Assembly (NCBI GenBank): GCA_963724825.1
Contig: CAVRWT010000005.1
Coordinates: 84,403 to 148,402 of the forward strand
DNA: 64,000 nucleotides
Direction: 5' to 3'
Source: an uncultured Acidobacteriota bacterium
GTDB taxonomy: Bacteria > Actinomycetota > Acidimicrobiia > Spongiisociales > ZC4RG35
Shown: piece by piece, positions 59,241-64,000 of the stretch
Layout: every line of letters starts with the position of its first letter
Position numbering within the stretch: position 1 is the stretch's first letter
The notes under the pieces: model-generated
What the model saw: only the letters and a program-made list of their open reading frames with translations
What the model was told of the DNA's origin: nothing
The model's database searches: none
Program-made: the position numbers and the translations under genes

Positions 59241-60276
59241 ATGCGTTCAACCTTCAGTAAGTTCGTCGTGTGCCTCTTGGCCCTCGCCGCATGCTCACCG
59301 GCAGCGGCAGTCGACACCACGACGACCTCGACATCGACAACTACGACACTGGCCACGACCACCTCGTCGGTAGGGACGACGACTACGCGAAGTGACGACG
59401 TTGTCACCGATCAATGGGCTCCCGGTTGCCGATCCCGCACTCCTCAACCGAAGACTGTTGGCTGTCAAGATCGACAACCATCCCAACGCCAGACCGCAGT
59501 CAGGCATCAATCATGCCGATGCCGTCTTCGAGATCCGGGTCGAAGGCATCTCGAGGTTCCTGACGCTGTGGATGCAGTCCGACGCCGAGTTCCTGGGCCC
59601 GATGCGCTCGGGCCGCCCCACCGACTCGACACTGCTCACCGCGCTCAACAAACCGACCTTCGCCATCTCCGGCGCCCAAGGTTGGGTCCAGGAAATGATC
59701 AGGTCCAAAGACATCAATCTGCTCACCGAGACCACGCCCGCCGCGTTCCGGGTGCCGTTCCGTCGGGCGCCGCACAATCTCTACACGACCACTGCAGGTC
59801 TGCGGGCAGATGCCGACGCCAGGGATTACGAGGACCTCCCCCCGACCGGGCCGATCTGGGAGTTCGGGCCGATGCCCACCGATGCCACCGCCGCCAGCGC
59901 GGTCCACATCGATTTCCGCGGGACCGACGTGGACTGGGCCTGGGACCCCACGACCGCGACCTGGCTACGCAGCGCCGATGGGCGGGAATCGAACTGGCGC
60001 GATGAAGACGACACCGAAGGCCGAATCGGGTTCCCGGTGCTGATCGGCCTCGAATCCGAGCAGTACTCGAACAACGGCCTTCCGAGCTCGCACACCACCG
60101 GGTCCGGCCAGGCGTGGGTGTTCGCCGACGGCAAGGTCGTCGAGGGGACCTGGGAGCGTGAGACCGAGCAGGATTGGTACACGCTGACCGACGCCGACGG
60201 CAACAACATCGCCGTCCCACCCGGCCAGGTCTGGATCTCACTCGTTCCCGACATCGGCGGACTCACGTACGAATAA
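59241..60276 (+). pseudogene. DUF3048 domain-containing lipoprotein, frameshifted after the Thr-rich linker
   Basis: MRSTFSKFVVCLLALAAC (lipobox) plus a TTTTSTSTTTTLATTTSSVGTTTT linker are in one frame. SPINGLPVADPALLNRRLLAVKIDNHPNARPQSGINHADAVFE... (ORF 59392..60276) is in the next. Junction around 59380-59400. Confidence 0.8.
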
Positions 60277-60290
60277 CTAGCGTCGACGGC

Positions 60291-61590
60291 TTGGCCGGAG
60301 ACACAGCTTCCAGGCAGGTCGAGCAGTCGCTGCAACTCGCGCACGCAACCCAGCCCACCCTCAACGCCTTCACGCTGATCGACGAGGAGCGCGGCCCGGG
60401 CCCGCGCCGGTGAGATCGACGAGACGGGCACTGACGGGCTCTTGGCCGGAGTCCCGATCGCCTTGAAGGACCTCATCGACCACCAGGACCGGGTGACTAC
60501 CTGCGGTTCGGCCTTCTACCGCCACCTGGCAACAACCACGGCGCCGGCGGTGACCCGTCTGGAGGAGGCCGGTGGCGTCATGATCGGCCGCGCCGGGCTC
60601 CATGAATTCGCATTCGGGTTCTCCAGCGAGAACCAGCACTTCGGCCCGGTCCGGAATCCATGGGATCCCACCACCTCGCCCGGGGGCTCCTCAGGAGGAT
60701 GCGGCGCCGCGGTCGGGGCGGGCATCACCCCCATCGCTGTCGGCACCGACACCGGGGGCTCGGTTCGGGTCCCCGCAGCCTTGTGTGGCTGCTTCGGCCT
60801 GAAGGTCACCCCCGGCCGCATCCCGCTTGAGGGGGTGTTTCCCCTGGTCCCGTCGATCGACACCGTCGGCCCACTCGCCGATTCGATCGCGAGCCTCGAA
60901 ACTGCATATCGGGTGATGTCGGGTGCCCGCCAAGGTGGGTCGGGCTGGACCCGCCTCCGGATCGGGATCCCCCAACCCTGGTGCGACGAGGCACCAATCG
61001 ATGACGAGGTCGACGCTGCCTTCACCCTGGCTTTGGGCCTCTTGGGGGACCTGGGCCACGAGGTGAGCGCGCTTCCGCTTCCCGATGTCCTGCCCGGGCG
61101 CGAAGTCATCTATGCCATCGCCGACGAGGTCAATCAGGTCCATCATGACTTCCGGGCAGAGGGCCTCCCCTACGGCGACGAGGTTGCCGCACGACTGGAC
61201 GATTGCGCGACCGTCACCCCGGAACAGTCCGCTCAAGGCCGGGAGTGGCAGCGGATGATCCGCACCCGTTTCGCCGACGCCTTCGAGGAGGTGGACCTGA
61301 TCCTGACCCCGACTGTCCCCGCCATGCGCAAGGTGATCGGCGTCGACACCATCGGGGACCTCCACTATCGGGTCGTGCTCTCCTGGTTCACCTCGATCGT
61401 CAACCACGCGCTGCTCCCCGCGATCGCCATGCCGCTGATCGGCTCAGGGAGCCCGCCGGTGTCATTGCAGGCAATCGGTCCGATGGGCTCCGAGGAGATG
61501 CTCCTCGGATTCGGGGCCGACCTGGAGTCTCAAGGGGTGGTCGGGTTCGTTCCCCGAACGTTCAACTTGGGTAGCCCTCCGGGCCGATAA
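60291..61590 (+). pseudogene. Amidase (amidase-signature family), frameshifted near the 5' end
   Basis: ...QPTLNAFTLIDEE (frame of ORF 60174..60413; candidate TTG start at 60291) is followed in the next frame by AARARAGEIDETGTDGLLAGVPIALKDL...GGSSGGCGAAV...GTDTGGSVRVPAA. Junction around 60388-60393. Confidence 0.8.
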
Positions 61591-61696
61591 AATAGGTCCA
61601 GCGAGCCACCGAGATTCCGACCTTTTCTCAGAACCAGGTGTTCAATGGCTCTGGTGTGCGCGCGCCAACGAATAGCAATAAGGAAGTGAACCCAAA

Positions 61697-63568
61697 GTGG
61701 CTGAGCAAATCGCCACAGCAGAAACCCCCGCCCCCGATACCGAGACCTTTGACAAGATAGTTATCCGATTCGCCGGCGACTCCGGCGACGGGATGCAAGT
61801 AGCCGGATCCAGATTCACCGACGCCAGTGCCTTGTTCGGCAACGACCTGGCAACCCTGCCGTCGTTCCCCGCTGAGATCAGGGCTCCCGCCGGGACCCTT
61901 CCCGGAGTATCGAGCTTTCAGGTCCAGATCGCCGACTTCGACATCCTCACCGCCGGGGACCAGCCCGACTGCCTGGTGGCGATGAACCCGGCGGCTCTCA
62001 AGAAGGAACTCAAGGACCTTCGCCAGGGAGGCACCCTGATCGTCAACAGCGACGCCTTCGACGAACGGAACCTGGCCAAGGCCGGCTACCAGACCAACCC
62101 TCTCGACGACGGGACCCTCGATGGCTTTCGGGTCATCTCGGTGCCGATGGACGAGCTGACCAAGGAAGCGGTCAAGGACTCCGGCGTGAGTGGGAGGAGC
62201 GTCCTTCGCTCCAAGAACTTTCTCGCCCTCGGCCTCCTGGCCTGGCTGTTCCATCGCCCGACCGAGCCAACAGTCGATTGGGCTCGAAAGAAGTTCGCCA
62301 AGACGCCGGAAGTGGCGAATGCCAACATCGCCGCGTTCCAGGCCGGATACACCCTTGGCGAGGCGACTGAAGCCGCGAAGACCACCTTCGTCATCAAGCC
62401 AGCTGCTCTCGAGCCCGGGACCTACACCAACATCAACGGCAACTCTGCCCTGGCATGGGGTCTGATCGCAGCCTCCAAGCTGTCCGGGCTGCCCCTGTTC
62501 TACGGGTCGTATCCGATCACCCCGGCCTCCGACATCCTTCATGAGTTGTCGCGCCACAAGAACTTCGGGGTGCGGACCTTCCAGGCGGAGGACGAGATCG
62601 CCGGCGTCGGATCGGCCATTGGTGCGGCGTTCGCAGGCTCCCTGGCGGTCACCGGTTCGTCTGGCCCGGGGATCGCCCTGAAGAGTGAGTCGATCTCGCT
62701 GGCCTTCATGATGGAGCTGCCGCTGATCGTCATCAACGTTCAGCGCGGAGGGCCCTCGACGGGGCTCCCCACCAAGCCGGAGCAATCGGATCTGCTGTTC
62801 TCGCTCTACGGGCGTCATGGCGAATCCCCGATCCCGGTGATCGCCGCCGCCTCACCCAGTGACGCATTCGCGATGGCGATCGAAGCCGCACGGCTCGCCC
62901 TCAAGTACATGACACCGGTCTTGCTGCTCAGCGACAACCAGATCGCAAACGGCTCGGAGCCGTGGAAGCTGCCCGACGTCAGCACCCTGGCGCCGATCCC
63001 GGTGGAGTTCGCCAAGTACGCCAACGGTCCCGACGGTGTCTTCCTCCCCTACATGCGGGACATCGACACCTTCGCCCGACCTTGGGCGATTCCGGGCACC
63101 CCCGGTCTCGAACACCGGATCGGCGGCCTCGAGAAGGAGGCGATCAGCGGGAACGTGTCGTATGAGCCGGCCAACCACCAACTCATGACCGACACCCGGG
63201 CCTGGAAGGTGGCCAACATCGCCAACGACATCCCGCAGGTCGAGGTCGCCGGTGACACCGACGCCGAGATCCTGGTCCTGGGGTGGGGGTCGACCTACGG
63301 GTCGATCCGCGCCGCGGCCCGACGGGTTCGCCTGGCGGGCAAGAAAGTGGCGACAGCCCACCTTCGCTACCTCAACCCCATGCCGACCAACCTCGGCGAA
63401 GTACTCAATTCCTATAAGCAGATCCTGATCCCCGAGCTGAACACAGGTCAGTTGCGACGGGTGATCAGGTCGGAGTTCCTGCTCGACGTCAAGGGACTGA
63501 ACAAGGTGGCCGGAGAGCCATTCAAGGTCGCCGAGATTGAAGAGAAGATCCTGGAGATGATCAAGTGA
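61697..63568 (+). CDS. korA: 2-oxoacid:ferredoxin oxidoreductase subunit alpha (2-oxoglutarate type, fused gamma-alpha)
   Basis: 623 aa, GTG start after [19 protein letters not shown]...FPAEIRAP (gamma-like N-terminus), then a PFOR alpha domain ([22 protein letters not shown]). Confidence 0.92.
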   Translation: MAEQIATAETPAPDTETFDKIVIRFAGDSGDGMQVAGSRFTDASALFGNDLATLPSFPAEIRAPAGTLPGVSSFQVQIADFDILTAGDQPDCLVAMNPAALKKELKDLRQGGTLIVNSDAFDERNLAKAGYQTNPLDDGTLDGFRVISVPMDELTKEAVKDSGVSGRSVLRSKNFLALGLLAWLFHRPTEPTVDWARKKFAKTPEVANANIAAFQAGYTLGEATEAAKTTFVIKPAALEPGTYTNINGNSALAWGLIAASKLSGLPLFYGSYPITPASDILHELSRHKNFGVRTFQAEDEIAGVGSAIGAAFAGSLAVTGSSGPGIALKSESISLAFMMELPLIVINVQRGGPSTGLPTKPEQSDLLFSLYGRHGESPIPVIAAASPSDAFAMAIEAARLALKYMTPVLLLSDNQIANGSEPWKLPDVSTLAPIPVEFAKYANGPDGVFLPYMRDIDTFARPWAIPGTPGLEHRIGGLEKEAISGNVSYEPANHQLMTDTRAWKVANIANDIPQVEVAGDTDAEILVLGWGSTYGSIRAAARRVRLAGKKVATAHLRYLNPMPTNLGEVLNSYKQILIPELNTGQLRRVIRSEFLLDVKGLNKVAGEPFKVAEIEEKILEMIK

Positions 63569-64000
63569 CCGCCCCCACCTACACCCGAGCCGACTTCCAG
63601 ACCGATCAGGAAGTGCGGTGGTGCCCCGGTTGCGGGGACTACACGATCCTCGCCTCCGTCCAGCAGTTCCTCGCTGGATTGGGTCGTCCCCGGGAGGAGT
63701 TCGTGTTCGTGTCGGGCATCGGGTGCGCATCCCGATTCCCCTATTACATGAACACCTACGGGATGCACTCGATCCATGGCCGGGCGCCGGCGATCGCCTC
63801 CGGAGTGGCCACCACCCGCCCCGACCTGTCGGTGTGGGTCATCACCGGGGATGGCGACAGCCTGTCGATCGGCGGCAACCATCTCATCCACGCCCTGCGC
63901 CGCAATATCAACCTGAAGATCCTGTTGTTCAACAACCAGATCTACGGATTGACCAAGGGCCAGTACTCGCCAACCTCGGAGGTGGGGAAGCAGACCAAGT
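63565..64000 (+). CDS. korB: 2-oxoacid:ferredoxin oxidoreductase subunit beta (partial; runs off the window)
   Basis: GTG 63565 overlaps the korA stop (GTGA). My own translation gives [25 protein letters not shown]...[30 protein letters not shown]...[25 protein letters not shown] (TPP-binding beta subunit). It is absent from the track because no stop falls in the window. Confidence 0.9.
   Translation, partial: MTAPTYTRADFQTDQEVRWCPGCGDYTILASVQQFLAGLGRPREEFVFVSGIGCASRFPYYMNTYGMHSIHGRAPAIASGVATTRPDLSVWVITGDGDSLSIGGNHLIHALRRNINLKILLFNNQIYGLTKGQYSPTSEVGKQTK

Overview
High-GC, actinobacterial-type core chromosome, about 68 tightly packed genes on both strands. I saw no transposase, integrase, prophage, CRISPR array or rRNA. 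There is one tRNA, tRNA-Leu(UAA). The content is housekeeping and central metabolism: pyk, gatCAB, dapE-dapD, ligA, mnmA plus cysteine desulfurase, a GNAT/ADP-forming acyl-CoA synthetase (Pat-like), the conserved actinobacterial block mfd-mazG-PPIase-eno-ftsB-DUF501-ppx, pgsA-like, glpK, pth-rplY, pgl, xylB, deoC plus two ALDH-like genes, metG, sodN/sodX, korAB. Lipoproteins and small accessory genes are interspersed.

The most striking window-wide signal is about 20 single-nucleotide reading-frame breaks in about 17 otherwise intact, recognisable genes. Many sit in short G/C homopolymer runs. I cannot tell assembly indel error from recent pseudogenisation using the sequence alone.

Candidates for something new:
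- An untracked 18-codon Cys/His-rich micro-ORF with a strong SD, divergent from a CadC/ArsR-type metalloregulator.
- A four-gene ECF sigma / anti-sigma / secreted protein / lipoprotein operon in which two proteins carry Asp/His/Arg/Glu-rich tails.
- A NiSOD with a non-canonical Ni-hook (HCDLYCG), next to an ORF that fuses the SodX maturation peptidase to an AlkA-type glycosylase.
- A structured intergenic element with C-rich loops upstream of deoC (6C-sRNA-like).
- A catalytic-domain-less ALDH paralog translationally coupled to a full-length ALDH.

All functional calls rest on my recognition of motifs in the translated ORFs. No database search was run.
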